Source: an uncultured Rhodopirellula sp.
GTDB lineage: Bacteria > Planctomycetota > Planctomycetia > Pirellulales > Pirellulaceae
DNA: 58,519 bases
Direction of reading: 5' to 3'
NCBI GenBank assembly: GCA_964007735.1
Contig: CAXGAI010000027.1
Coordinates: 1-58,519 of the forward strand
The notes under the pieces were generated by a model. That model ran no database searches and was not told the origin of the DNA. It was given only the letters and a program-made list of their open reading frames with translations. Position numbers and translations under genes: made by a program. Positions 30,177 through 40,497 of this stretch are shown one piece after another (within the stretch, counting starts at the first letter, position 1; each line of letters opens with the position of its first letter).

Positions 30177-31943
30177 CTAGGTGTTAGATTTAGTAGAGAG
30201 TGCTTTGCACAAGGAAATTACCGTAATGAGCCCACAAATTAGTGCAAAAATGTCGCCATGAATTAGATAAAAACTATCGAAAGACGACCTTCCCACTTTG
30301 GCGATCAGATATCCCTCTTCTTTCTTCTCCACTTTCCCCTTTAGTCTGCCAGATGGCCCAATCCAACCAGAAATTCCTGTATTGGCAGCCACTAGATTTG
30401 GACGTCGAAACTCTACCGCTCGCAAAATATTACTTCGTAAATGCAAGTCAAGGATAGACGATCCCCAGAACCAACCGTCATTCGTTAGGTTTAGCATAAC
30501 ATCGGGACGTCGACCATCAGCGTCCGTTGCCAGCATCATGTTCCTGATTCGATGAGGCACCGTACTTTCAAAACATATATTTGGACAGAATTTGACTCCT
30601 TGAATATCAAACAACAGCTCACCCGTTCCGGGGGCTAAAGCTGAAATTGGTAAGAGGTTGTAAAGGCTTGGGAACGTCTCACCTAGCGGAATATACTCTC
30701 CAAACATCACTAGATGATTTTTGTGATACATATCTAATACTTTGCCCTCTGGTGAAACTAAAACGGCGGTATTGTACATGGGAGTGGCTTCGGTCGTTAA
30801 ATCAATAGCACTCGTTCCCCCGATCAGCAGAGCTTTGCCCAATACTCTTTGATTTCGACTACCGTTCAAATAAGTCAGTAAAGCCTGATGCTGCTGACGT
30901 TGATTTGTCTGGAGTTTGCTGGCCCATGCTTGGACCGCGTCCTGATCTTGAGAGACCTCTCTTTGATTTTTAGGAACGTGAAGGAACGTTTGATTGGTCC
31001 CGGTGACTAATAGCGGGCCAATCGGATACATCGATTCCGGCCAGACGAGAAGGTTTAATCCGGGCTCGTCTTCGAGTGCAAGCATCGATTGTCGATTGTA
31101 CATCTCTCCTTTCTCTCTCTCCTTCTTCAAATATTTTTCATACGATAATTCAAACTCGGTATAAGTGACTCCTTGGATAAGCCCCACAGAAACAAGCGAC
31201 GCTTCTGCAGTGGTAACAGAGGTGAATTCGCTAAGGCGAGTGTGTCCATAGGTCCAACAACCTAAGAGTATCACTCCGAACAGAATCCCTTCGTATGTAG
31301 GGCTTAATGTGAGAGCAGGCTTTTTAATGGGTGGGTCTGAGCTTTGGTCTTTTGATGTAACCTGTTTCCAGATGCGATAGAGTAACCCTGCTCCTAATAC
31401 CAATATGAAGGAAATGCAAAATCCGCCACCGAGGTCCGCGGTTTGGATGAACCAAAGATGATCCACCTGGGAATGGGAGAGAGAGCCCATGGAAAATCCG
31501 GAAATAACATACCCGCGAATCCATTCCACGCACACCCAACTGATGGCAGCCGAGTAAGATAGCGATACTTTTAGTTGGTGATGTATTGTTCTGGCAGCAA
31601 AAACAAACAGCGGTAGATAGAGTCCCAGATAGATAGAAAGAGCACCCCAGCCAAAGTAGGTGGTCCAATGAGCTAATCGCATTCCCTGTAGCAGTGCTAG
31701 CCAACAACCTACGTGAGCGACATAAAGTCCGAAGTAGACACGCTTGGATGACGCGTTTCGATAGTTCAACTTCTCAGCCGCAATCAATGGAAGCCAACAA
31801 CCCGGTGCTAACCACGCTGCCCAACTCCAGCCAACAGGGGGCAGGCAAAGATAGAGGAGACAGTTGCCAAGCAAACCGTATAAAAACGGTGAAAACCTGA
31901 ACGGTGAATCCGTTCTGTCGTTCTTAGATTCGGGGGAATTCAT
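30177..31943 (-). CDS. lnt: Apolipoprotein N-acyltransferase
   Basis: Multiple TM helices; WPES, YHKNHLVMFGEYIP, NICFES, NLTNDGWF, ANTGIS. Confidence 0.95.
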   Translation of the reverse strand: MNSPESKNDRTDSPFRFSPFLYGLLGNCLLYLCLPPVGWSWAAWLAPGCWLPLIAAEKLNYRNASSKRVYFGLYVAHVGCWLALLQGMRLAHWTTYFGWGALSIYLGLYLPLFVFAARTIHHQLKVSLSYSAAISWVCVEWIRGYVISGFSMGSLSHSQVDHLWFIQTADLGGGFCISFILVLGAGLLYRIWKQVTSKDQSSDPPIKKPALTLSPTYEGILFGVILLGCWTYGHTRLSEFTSVTTAEASLVSVGLIQGVTYTEFELSYEKYLKKEREKGEMYNRQSMLALEDEPGLNLLVWPESMYPIGPLLVTGTNQTFLHVPKNQREVSQDQDAVQAWASKLQTNQRQQHQALLTYLNGSRNQRVLGKALLIGGTSAIDLTTEATPMYNTAVLVSPEGKVLDMYHKNHLVMFGEYIPLGETFPSLYNLLPISALAPGTGELLFDIQGVKFCPNICFESTVPHRIRNMMLATDADGRRPDVMLNLTNDGWFWGSSILDLHLRSNILRAVEFRRPNLVAANTGISGWIGPSGRLKGKVEKKEEGYLIAKVGRSSFDSFYLIHGDIFALICGLITVISLCKALSTKSNT

Positions 31944-31955
31944 GCCATAAGGTGG

Positions 31956-33164
31956 TTAGGAAGGAATTTCAAAAACAGAGATTTCCTCACCGTTCGGATA
32001 AAGTTGATTTCCGGCCTCAAAGAAAGCCAGGGCATTAGCCTCACTAAGCGTTCGCTGGTCCGCTGAGCCTTTCCAGGCCAGGGGTGTAACGTAGCGGTTT
32101 CCGTTACGTTCTGTCAATTGAGCGGGGAAGTAGGTGGGACGATCTCCACGTTGTTGAAAATCAGTGGTCAGACATGCAGTTGTTTCTCGTAAACACTCGG
32201 AATGTTTGCCCGTCATCCTAAATATGACGGGGGCTACAAAAAGCAGAAAGCAAACGAGGCTACTAACAGGGTTTCCGGGAAGCCCGAAAACCATTATTTG
32301 CCGGTCAGCCGATGAAAGTACGCCAAACCAGAGCGGCTTTCCAGGTTTAAGTTTGAGTTTGTGAAACACCTGTTCTACGCCATGCTGTTCGAGTACGGCT
32401 GGAACCAAATCTTTGACACCGGCGGATACTCCTCCAGAAAGAATAAGGATGTCTGATTCCAATCCTGTCGCTACTAAGTCAGATAAGGTTTGAAAGTCAT
32501 CAATTCCAATTCCCAGGGATTGAGCCTCTGCTCCAAAACTTGTTGCTAATGCCTGCAGCAGGGGACCATTGGAGTTTCTGATCTGACCTCCGTGTGGTGT
32601 TGTAGTCGCCTGTACAAGCTCATCCCCCGTACTTATCACGGCCAGTTTAGGAGGTTGGTAGACAGGGACGTTAGTACAGCCAATTTCAGCCAAAATACCA
32701 ACCTCGATAGGCCTGATAAGAGTGCCTTTTGAGAGGATGATCTCCCCCTGAGACAGAGAGGTTGCCTGTCTCATGACATTAGCCTCAGGTTGAATCGCGT
32801 CTTGGTGGATGATTACCTTTTGTCCGTCTCGACTTGTTTGCTCAATCATTACGACAGCATTGGCGCCTTGAGGCAAAGGAGCTCCCGTCATGATTTGGAT
32901 AGCTGTTTTGGTACGAACGATTTTTGTGGGAGTTTGTCCTGCGAGTACTTCTTCCAATACATCAAGAACGACATTTCGTTGCACATCGTCAGCAATGACG
33001 GCATAACCATCAACTAAGGATTTGTCATAGGGTGGCGAGTCGATATCACTTTGGACATCTTCGGCCAAAACATAGCCTACTGCATTGGATAGCGTGCAAT
33101 GGGTCGGGCGGCATTCCGGTAGCCGAGCCATGATTTTCGTCAATGCTTGGTCAACGCTGATCAT
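31956..33164 (-). CDS. moeA: Molybdopterin molybdotransferase MoeA
   Basis: PPYDKSLVDGYA, IMTGAPLP, STGDEL, SGGVSAG, KPGKP, GLPGNPVS. Confidence 0.95.
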   Translation of the reverse strand: MISVDQALTKIMARLPECRPTHCTLSNAVGYVLAEDVQSDIDSPPYDKSLVDGYAVIADDVQRNVVLDVLEEVLAGQTPTKIVRTKTAIQIMTGAPLPQGANAVVMIEQTSRDGQKVIIHQDAIQPEANVMRQATSLSQGEIILSKGTLIRPIEVGILAEIGCTNVPVYQPPKLAVISTGDELVQATTTPHGGQIRNSNGPLLQALATSFGAEAQSLGIGIDDFQTLSDLVATGLESDILILSGGVSAGVKDLVPAVLEQHGVEQVFHKLKLKPGKPLWFGVLSSADRQIMVFGLPGNPVSSLVCFLLFVAPVIFRMTGKHSECLRETTACLTTDFQQRGDRPTYFPAQLTERNGNRYVTPLAWKGSADQRTLSEANALAFFEAGNQLYPNGEEISVFEIPS

Positions 33165-33748
33165 ATTGTCAGTTCAAGAAAGCGCTGGAGGATTGTCGGA
33201 CCCACATCGGAAAGAAAACTTTCAGGATGAAATTGCCATCCGATTAAGGGGTAGTTCTTATGACGAATTGCCATGATTTCGGTGGATCCATCAGGAGCAT
33301 CTGCCCAGGCTGCGACTTCAAATTCATCATGGAGTGTGTCCGGTTGGATGACCAGACTATGGTAGCGGGTCGCAATGAATGGATTGGGTAGGTCAGCGAA
33401 AATTCCCTGATTGTCATGATGGATCGAATCAGTTTTTCCATGCATTAATTGTTTAGCACGAACAATAGTCGAGCCGGTGGATTGCCCGATCGATTGATGA
33501 CCCAGACAAACTCCGAGTATGGGAACTTTACCTTTCATGTGAGAAATCACATCCATGCTTACCCCGGCTTCGGTGGGTGTACATGGCCCGGGGGAAATGA
33601 TGATATGAGATGGATTGAGAGCTTCGACCTGTTCAGGTGTTATCTGATCATTACGATAAACCTGAATATTCAGAGTAGGATCGAATTCTCCTAATCGCTG
33701 AACGAGGTTGTAGGTGAAGGAATCGTAATTGTCGATGAGTAGAATCAT
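33161..33748 (-). CDS. Anthranilate/aminodeoxychorismate synthase component II (TrpG/PabA)
   Basis: IDNYDSFTYNL, SPGPC, GVCLGHQ, RYHSL, QFHPES; ATGA overlap with moeA. Confidence 0.95.
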   Translation of the reverse strand: MILLIDNYDSFTYNLVQRLGEFDPTLNIQVYRNDQITPEQVEALNPSHIIISPGPCTPTEAGVSMDVISHMKGKVPILGVCLGHQSIGQSTGSTIVRAKQLMHGKTDSIHHDNQGIFADLPNPFIATRYHSLVIQPDTLHDEFEVAAWADAPDGSTEIMAIRHKNYPLIGWQFHPESFLSDVGPTILQRFLELTI

Positions 33749-33920
33749 GAGTGTTTACGTTATGTAAAAAGCAATGCCAATGAAAGTATTTTAACGTAGT
33801 AGCCATACATATCGAGTCCTTGAAGTGACGTAAATTCCCAATTCCCAAGAGTGGATTTGGCGATAATAATAAGAGTTAACTTAATAGTCTCTTTGCCAGC
33901 AACACAAAGAATTGGAATTC

Positions 33921-35054
33921 ATGAGTATTGCAACCGAGCAACCCCTGCCGGATATCGCCAGTTATAAATCCCTCGAAAATGATGAACTGTCGGAACGGAT
34001 CGAACGAGTTCGTGAAGCCATGGGCCCGGAATTGTTAATTTTGGGGCACCATTATCAACAAGATGAAGTGATTGAGCACTGTGACTTACGTGGTGATAGT
34101 TACCAGTTGAGTCAGATGGCAGCCGAGAATACAGATTGTAAGCATATTGTTTTCTGTGGCGTTCACTTTATGGCGGAGACGGCAGATATTCTGGCAAATC
34201 GCCCAGAAGTATTTGATAAGCGAGGTTATCGCGTATCTGTCACGTTGCCAGATATGGCAGCCGGTTGTTCCATGGCTGATATGGCCGGGATTGAACAAGT
34301 GGAAAACTGCTGGGCAGATCTGGGTGAAGTCATTGATACAAATGACATTACCCCGGTAACCTATATTAATTCAGCGGCCAGCCTGAAAGCATTTGTGGGT
34401 AAACACAATGGAATCGTTTGTACATCAAGTAACGCCCCGGCTGTTCTTGAATGGGCATTCAACCGCACAAGCCGAGTCCTTTTCTTTCCGGACCAACATC
34501 TCGGCAGAAATACCAGTTTGAAAATGGGGATTACGAATGAACAGATGCCAGTCTGGGATCCTTATCAACTGGAAATGGGAGGCAATACTGAGGCGGCGAT
34601 TGAGGGTAGTAAAGTCATTCTCTGGAAAGGTCACTGTAGCGTGCATCAGATGTTTCAGGCTGAACATGTGGAGATGTTCCGCGAACAACACCCAGGGATC
34701 AACATTCTAGTGCATCCCGAATGCCCTCAGGAAGTCAATGACCTAGCTGATATATCAGGGTCAACTGGTAAGATCATTGAAGTGATCAAGAATGCTGAGG
34801 CGGGGTCCAGTTGGGCTATCGGGACAGAATTGCATTTGGTGAACCGTCTTAAAAAAGAAAACTCTCATCTCAAGATCCACTTCCTATCCCCTGTGGTCTG
34901 CATGTGTGCGACGATGTACAGGATTGATTTAGCACATCTTTGCTGGAGCCTTGAGAATCTTGTGTATGGAACTCAGGTCAATGCCATTCATGTGGACGAG
35001 GAGGTGTCTCAATGGTCTTTAGTGGCACTGGAACGTATGCTTAGTGTGAAATGA
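33921..35054 (+). CDS. nadA: Quinolinate synthase
   Basis: LGHHYQ, FCGVHFMAE, AGCSMA, YINS, CTSSNA, PDQHLG, CSVH, HPEC, CATM; ATG 33921 used. Confidence 0.96.
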   Translation: MSIATEQPLPDIASYKSLENDELSERIERVREAMGPELLILGHHYQQDEVIEHCDLRGDSYQLSQMAAENTDCKHIVFCGVHFMAETADILANRPEVFDKRGYRVSVTLPDMAAGCSMADMAGIEQVENCWADLGEVIDTNDITPVTYINSAASLKAFVGKHNGIVCTSSNAPAVLEWAFNRTSRVLFFPDQHLGRNTSLKMGITNEQMPVWDPYQLEMGGNTEAAIEGSKVILWKGHCSVHQMFQAEHVEMFREQHPGINILVHPECPQEVNDLADISGSTGKIIEVIKNAEAGSSWAIGTELHLVNRLKKENSHLKIHFLSPVVCMCATMYRIDLAHLCWSLENLVYGTQVNAIHVDEEVSQWSLVALERMLSVK

Positions 35055-35085
35055 AAAAGCCGGGCGATAAAGCCCGACTTTCTTT
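35054..35085. terminator. Probable bidirectional intrinsic terminator between convergent genes
   Basis: aaagccgggc-gataaa-gcccgacttt, flanked by A and T runs. Confidence 0.8.
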
Positions 35086-35113
35086 ACATGTTCCTAGTTA
35101 ACGCGGGTTTGGT

Positions 35114-35836
35114 TTACCCGTCGACTTTTCGACAATAGTCCAACATGCCATCAACATCATCCGTTTCTTTCAGGGCTTGAGCATTACCCGTTTCACCAGC
35201 GGGAGCGGTTGCCGGTTCTTCTGCGGGGGTGTCTTCAGCAGCAGCTTCTTGCGGTTCTTCAGCCGCCTGCTCTTCTGCAGGAGCTTCAGTAGCAGGAGCC
35301 TCAGCAGTAGGAGTCTCTTCACCTGCAGCACTTGCTCGGGCAGCGGCTAACATGTCAGCAACACTCATGTTTTCCGTATCGACCGCAGCAGGAGCCTCAG
35401 CAGCAGGAGTCTCTTCACCTGCAGCACTTGCTCGGGCAGAAGCTAACATGTCAGCAACACTCATGTTTCCTGCATCGGCTTTAGCAGGGGCTGGCTTCTC
35501 AGCGGGAGTCTCGACAGTGGACGTTGTGGTTTCTACAGCAGCCTCGGCAGCCGGCGTTGCGGCTTCAGCAGGAGGGACAGGAGTTGAGACCGTTTCTGTT
35601 TCATGAACCGGCTCATCAACAAGCTTTAGAAAATCGACATCAATATCATACCAGCCGATATTGTTATAACCATCAAATTCAACAAGGGCCCGACCACTCA
35701 TATTCACGGTTTTCACAGTGCCAGTCAGTCCCTGAAATCGACCTAGCTCAGTACGATTGTCATCGACGATAACGAGTTGATCGGTGTAAATTCGCTTAAG
35801 GTTTTCAATGTGTTCGAAGACCATAGATGTTTCCAA
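35114..35836 (-). CDS. Hypothetical protein: small N-terminal beta domain plus acidic Ala-rich repeats
   Basis: Compact N-terminal domain (ELGRF...GTVKTVNMSGRALVEFD...GWYDI), then two NMSVADMLA-containing repeats; start may be 35824. Confidence 0.8.
   Translation of the reverse strand: METSMVFEHIENLKRIYTDQLVIVDDNRTELGRFQGLTGTVKTVNMSGRALVEFDGYNNIGWYDIDVDFLKLVDEPVHETETVSTPVPPAEAATPAAEAAVETTTSTVETPAEKPAPAKADAGNMSVADMLASARASAAGEETPAAEAPAAVDTENMSVADMLAAARASAAGEETPTAEAPATEAPAEEQAAEEPQEAAAEDTPAEEPATAPAGETGNAQALKETDDVDGMLDYCRKVDG
35291..35468. repeat. Near-identical direct repeat, about 82 bp, 96-bp period
   Basis: 35291-35372 versus 35387-35468, few substitutions; encodes NMSVADMLA(S/A)ARASAAGEETP(A/T)AEAPA. 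Confidence 0.9.
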
Positions 35837-35931
35837 AAGTTAATGGGAGATGAATCACGCTGATTCAACAATTCTTATCGTAGTGAGGACGTTTTTCAAG
35901 GGGGACAAAATGCCTGAACAGGAAAGAAATG

Positions 35932-36504
35932 TCAGCCAAATAGCCTGTATTTCCAGCGAACTGTTGCAGGCCAGCTAGCCGGCTTTTCTGTGGGGGTGAT
36001 TTTTATCAGGTTTCCGTCGATTTCAAGGTTGTCTAATTCACCACGTCCGGTCGATTCAATTTTTATTCGACAGGTTCTACCGGCAATCGAAAGCTCAGCA
36101 ATTTTCTGAATTGGATCCGCAATTTTTACAGGTACGCTACAGCGATACGTGGTCCCTAACGAGCCAGCCTCTTCATCTGCGACACGACAGGCCACATCAA
36201 ATAGAAGAGAGCGTTGAGGATGATCGTTTTCCATACTCATCGACCAATGGCTGTTTCCGGCCATTCCTACCATTAGGCCGACCTGACGACTTTGGGTCCG
36301 CTGTTCAACAGATAAATCCTGCAGAGCAGGGCTTGGAGGCCAACAATCTTCTTCGCTTCCTTCCACACTTTCCAGTAATCGAAAGACCTGATCACCTGCG
36401 ACCCAGTCCACCACATGAGCGAAACGATCGTTGCGCCATTCCATGGAAGTTCGTAAACCTGTGGCATCAGGTCCAATCGCTTCGAGATGCTTTAATTCAG
36501 ACAC
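35932..36504 (-). CDS. Hypothetical protein
   Basis: Long ORF following prfB; GTG 36504 has an AGGAG RBS (ORF track start 36540); WPPSPALQ and TVRWKY motifs. Confidence 0.7.
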   Translation of the reverse strand: MSELKHLEAIGPDATGLRTSMEWRNDRFAHVVDWVAGDQVFRLLESVEGSEEDCWPPSPALQDLSVEQRTQSRQVGLMVGMAGNSHWSMSMENDHPQRSLLFDVACRVADEEAGSLGTTYRCSVPVKIADPIQKIAELSIAGRTCRIKIESTGRGELDNLEIDGNLIKITPTEKPASWPATVRWKYRLFG

Positions 36505-36596
36505 ACATAGTCTCCTCTTATCCCTCTCACACCAATCCATTTCGCAAATATAAAATGGTTGGTATGGGTGTACTTACCCGATTCGGGAAGTGTATT

Positions 36597-37695
36597 TTAA
36601 TCTTGTCCGATGCGCCAACGCAGAAAACTCTCCAGAAATCCCTGAATATTTCCATCCAGCACGGAATGAAAGTTCCCTTCGGAATGTCCTGTACGAGCAT
36701 CTTTAACCCGCTGGTCAGGATGCAGGAAATAGTTACGAATTTGAGAGCCAAAGCCGACACGAGCTTTATCTTTGTACTTCTGAGCCTGTTCTGCCTCGCG
36801 TTTTTCTTCTTCCACTCGCGCAAGTCTGGCTCGTAACATCTTGTAAGCAGAGGCACGGTTCTTATGTTGACTCCGTTCATTTTGACACTGGACGACAATT
36901 CCAGTCGGTTCATGCGTCAAACGTACAGCACTATCCGTCTTGTTGACGTGCTGTCCACCAGCTCCGCTGGCACGATAGGTATCTTCCCGAACATCTTTTT
37001 CGTCAATTTCTATTTCAATATCGTCGGAGATTTCGGGAGATATATCAATCGCAGCAAAACTTGTTTGGCGTTTTCCTTCAGAATTAAACGGACTAATTCT
37101 CACCAGACGATGAATCCCTGCTTCACCTTTTAGATAGCCATAGGCCATCGCTCCCCGCACACAGATGGTTGCATTGTTAATACCTGCAATATCATTGTCA
37201 CTACGATCTAGCAGAGAGACCTGGTGCCCTTCCTGGCTGGCCCACTGGATATACATACGTAAGAGCATTTCCGCCCAGTCGTTGGCATCCGTACCTCCAT
37301 CTCGAGCATAGATTGTCAGAATAGCTCCGGAGTTATCATGAGGGCCATTGAGCATGGATTTTAGTTTTAGATCTTCACAAAGAGATTCAAGACGTGTGAT
37401 CTCCTGCTCAACCTCTGCTTCCATCTCCGGCTCTTCCTGGCACATTTCCAGCAGGACCGTCAAGTCCTCAGCTGCCGCCGTCAATTCGTCAAGTGGTGCG
37501 GTAACAGCTTTGAGTGATTTAAGATTGGCAACCGCTGCCTGAGCGGTTTCCTGATGGTCCCAGAAACCAGCCGCAGCCATCTGAGATTCTATGGCTTGAA
37601 TATTTTCGGTTTTTGTAGCGTAGTCAAAGACTATCTCCGAGTTGGAGTAGTTTTTGTTGAATTGATTCTGCTCGGTCTTTTAGTTCTGAAAGCAT
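36597..37695 (-). CDS. prfB: Peptide chain release factor 2 with programmed +1 frameshift
   Basis: ATG 37695 reads MLSELKDRAESIQQKLLQLGDSL then CTT TGA C (37629-37623). The +1 frame DYATKTENIQAIESQ joins the 36597..37580 ORF, which has SPF and GGQ motifs. Confidence 0.97.
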
Positions 37696-37782
37696 ATTGG
37701 TTTTCATAGGCTCGAATGTGAAAGCGGCTTTGTCTTTGATTGTAGATTATGCACGATTAGATGGTGTGGGAGCAATGACCCA

Positions 37783-38910
37783 TCAACGGATCCAGCCACC
37801 ACCAATGACCATTTCTCCATCGTAGCAAACAACGGCTTGCCCTGGTGCAATACCATGAACCGGCTGATCAAACGTGACTTGCAGTATTTGTTCACCATTC
37901 AACTCACCAATAGAAGCGGTGGCGTCCTGTGGAGCACTGTTGTAGCGGATCTGAGCCTGACAACGAAATGATTGTTCAGGCTCGGGTGTGATTAACCAGT
38001 TTGTACGATCTGCCTGCAAAGAGGTCTTTCCCAGTTCATCATGACTGCCTAGTACGACCTGATGGGAATCACGATTGATTTTTACCACGTAGTGTGGTGT
38101 TCCGAGTGCGACTCCGAGGCCTTTGCGTTGTCCGACGGTATAATTTTCGATACCGTCATGTCGCCCGACTACTGTACCATCGGTTGTGATAATTTCGCCC
38201 GAGAGATCGATTTCGCCGCGACGTTGGCGAACGAAGTCGCCATGATGTCCTGACGTGACAAAGCATATTTCCTGACTGTCTTTCTTGTCGGCCACTCGTA
38301 AACTGATCCCTGCAGCGATTTCACGAATTTCTGTCTTGGGGAATCCTCCGACCGGTAGCAACATACGCGATAAGTATTTCTGCTCAATCCCAAATAAGAC
38401 GTAGGCTTGATCTTTTGTGCCGTCAATTCCCCGGGCTAAGCGGATTTGGTTTTGTTGATCATGGACTAGTCGAGCATAATGCCCGGTCGCGACATATTCG
38501 GCATCAATACTGTCGGCGTAGTCGAATAGTCTGCCAAACTTGATCCAGTTATTACACATCACGCAAGGATTGGGAGTACGCCCGATCGTGTACTCATCAA
38601 CAAAGTAGTCAATGATCCGGCTAAAGTCTTTTTGTAGGTTTAGGGCGTAGAAGGGGATCGACAGTTTGTCCGCAACTTTCCTGGCATCCTCAGCATCGGA
38701 AGCACTGCAGCATCCTTGCTTGTGGTCAGCACGGTTTTGTAAAAGAGGTAATAGCGGATTCGCTTCCCCGCTATCGAGCTCACAGGCCGCCGCAGACTCT
38801 TCACCATGCCGCATAAAAACGCCTATGATGTCATGTCCCTGTTCAAGCAGGAGGTGAGCCGCCACACTACTGTCGACTCCACCAGACATCGCTAATACCA
38901 CTCGGGCCAT
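37783..38910 (-). CDS. mnmA: tRNA 2-thiouridine(34) synthase
   Basis: AMSGGVDSSV, TPNPCVMCN, ATGHYA, KDQAY, KKDSQEICF, TVGQRKG, APGQ. Confidence 0.97.
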   Translation of the reverse strand: MARVVLAMSGGVDSSVAAHLLLEQGHDIIGVFMRHGEESAAACELDSGEANPLLPLLQNRADHKQGCCSASDAEDARKVADKLSIPFYALNLQKDFSRIIDYFVDEYTIGRTPNPCVMCNNWIKFGRLFDYADSIDAEYVATGHYARLVHDQQNQIRLARGIDGTKDQAYVLFGIEQKYLSRMLLPVGGFPKTEIREIAAGISLRVADKKDSQEICFVTSGHHGDFVRQRRGEIDLSGEIITTDGTVVGRHDGIENYTVGQRKGLGVALGTPHYVVKINRDSHQVVLGSHDELGKTSLQADRTNWLITPEPEQSFRCQAQIRYNSAPQDATASIGELNGEQILQVTFDQPVHGIAPGQAVVCYDGEMVIGGGWIR

Positions 38911-38931
38911 GTCCTGCTCCCTGTCGCAGAA

Positions 38932-40350
38932 TTAGAGTGCGTAGACTTCGGGGCCGGCTTCCTGAGTGACGACTGCTCCGAAGAGAGTAAATGGAGTGGT
39001 TTCGTAGATAGAGACGGGCAGGATCTGCCCGGCCTGTCGTTCGTTACCATCAAAGACAACGATCCGGTCGCAATGTGTGCGGCCGACCATTTGTTTCAGG
39101 GGTCCGTTCGATTCCATCTTTTCGGCCTTCTTGCTTGGACCTTCGACTAAGACGTCGACGGAGTGTCCGATAAATTTTATATTTTCAGCTTCACTGACTT
39201 CATTTTGTACCGCCAGCAGCGCGTTGTTGCGTTCCTGTTTGACTTGATAAGGAACATCATCGATCAGTGTACCCGCAGCTTTGGTTCCTTCGCGTTCGCT
39301 GTACTTGAAGATAAAACTGTTCTTGAAACGGAATTCGCGAATCGAGTCGATACATGTTTGGAATTCTTCGTCAGTCTCTCCGCAGAACCCAACAATGAAG
39401 TCACTCGAGACGGCTGCATTTGGCAGCGTATCCCAGATTAAATGCATCATGTCACGGTATTGTTCGACCGTGTAGCCACGACGCATTCGTTTCAGCATGT
39501 CATTATTACCGTGTTGTAATGGCACATGCAGGTACGGCGAAATTTTGGGCAGGTCACGAATAGTTTCCAGTAATTCCTTTTTCATGTCCCTCGGGTAGTT
39601 CGTTACGAACTTAATACGCTCGATACCACGGACTTCGTGAAGTAAACGAAGTAGGTCAGACATCCGAGTTCTCTCGCCTTCCGCATTTGTGAAACTATAA
39701 CTATTCACGGTTTGCCCGAGCAAAGTGATTTCAAGACATCCTTGGTCAGCCAATACCTTTGCTTCTTCCACAATTTGTTGTGGGTTCCGTCCTTGCTCCG
39801 GGCCTCGGGTATTAGGTACTACGCAGTATGTGCAAAACTTGTCACAACCGATCTGAATGCGTAAGTAGGCTTGATACGGAGTTGGACGCATTGTTGGATC
39901 ACGAAGAGGGTCAAAGGTTTCATGACTTCGTTTAATGTCGTCATTGCTGCCTTCGCGACGGCCTAAACCAACGGCCATTTGCTGTTCTTCACCATCACGT
40001 GCTTTGTCTATCAGATCAGGAACCTGTTGTAGTTGCCCCGGGCCGACGATGAAGTCGACGTAAGGTGCTCGGTTAAAGATGATCTGCTGATCTTTTTGAG
40101 CCATACATCCCATCACTCCGATGATTTTGTCGGGATTGCGATTTTTCATCAATTTGAGCGTACCCAGAGCACTGTAGATTTTGTCTTCAGCATGAGCACG
40201 AACACTGCAGGTGTTATAGAGAATCGTGTCAGCCGCTTTCACATCGGAAGTTAGTTCGTAACCGCGTTTGCGCAGGTCGGCGACGACCATTTCACTATCC
40301 AGCATATTCATCTGGCAACCGACGGTTTCTATATACAAACGATGTGACAT
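38932..40350 (-). CDS. miaB: tRNA-2-methylthio-N6-isopentenyladenosine(37) methylthiotransferase
   Basis: GCQMN..DSE, NTCSVR..AE, GCMAQ, GCDKFCTYCVVP..RG, FKYSEREGT, C-terminal TRAM domain. Confidence 0.96.
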   Translation of the reverse strand: MSHRLYIETVGCQMNMLDSEMVVADLRKRGYELTSDVKAADTILYNTCSVRAHAEDKIYSALGTLKLMKNRNPDKIIGVMGCMAQKDQQIIFNRAPYVDFIVGPGQLQQVPDLIDKARDGEEQQMAVGLGRREGSNDDIKRSHETFDPLRDPTMRPTPYQAYLRIQIGCDKFCTYCVVPNTRGPEQGRNPQQIVEEAKVLADQGCLEITLLGQTVNSYSFTNAEGERTRMSDLLRLLHEVRGIERIKFVTNYPRDMKKELLETIRDLPKISPYLHVPLQHGNNDMLKRMRRGYTVEQYRDMMHLIWDTLPNAAVSSDFIVGFCGETDEEFQTCIDSIREFRFKNSFIFKYSEREGTKAAGTLIDDVPYQVKQERNNALLAVQNEVSEAENIKFIGHSVDVLVEGPSKKAEKMESNGPLKQMVGRTHCDRIVVFDGNERQAGQILPVSIYETTPFTLFGAVVTQEAGPEVYAL

Positions 40351-40497
40351 TACTTCTCGACCTGCTAACGTTAAAGGCTATCCCTTCACTTTGTCGGCAA
40401 AACTCTATTTTATCAACAGCCTCAATAGCGTGAACCGCTAAAGTGGTAAAACTAGTTCCGGCCTTTATTAGCAATTGGGGGTGTTCGAAGGATAAGG

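Noticed and set aside
33749..33920. Possible NAD riboswitch upstream of nadA
   Set aside because: Only an AT-rich weak hairpin (aagag...ctctt); no resemblance to the nadA-motif consensus that I could support. More likely divergent promoters.
36111..36913. ORFs 36111..36836 (+) and 36527..36913 (-), and similar overlapping ORFs throughout the track
   Set aside because: Antisense or alternate-frame shadows of well-supported genes, with no recognisable motifs.
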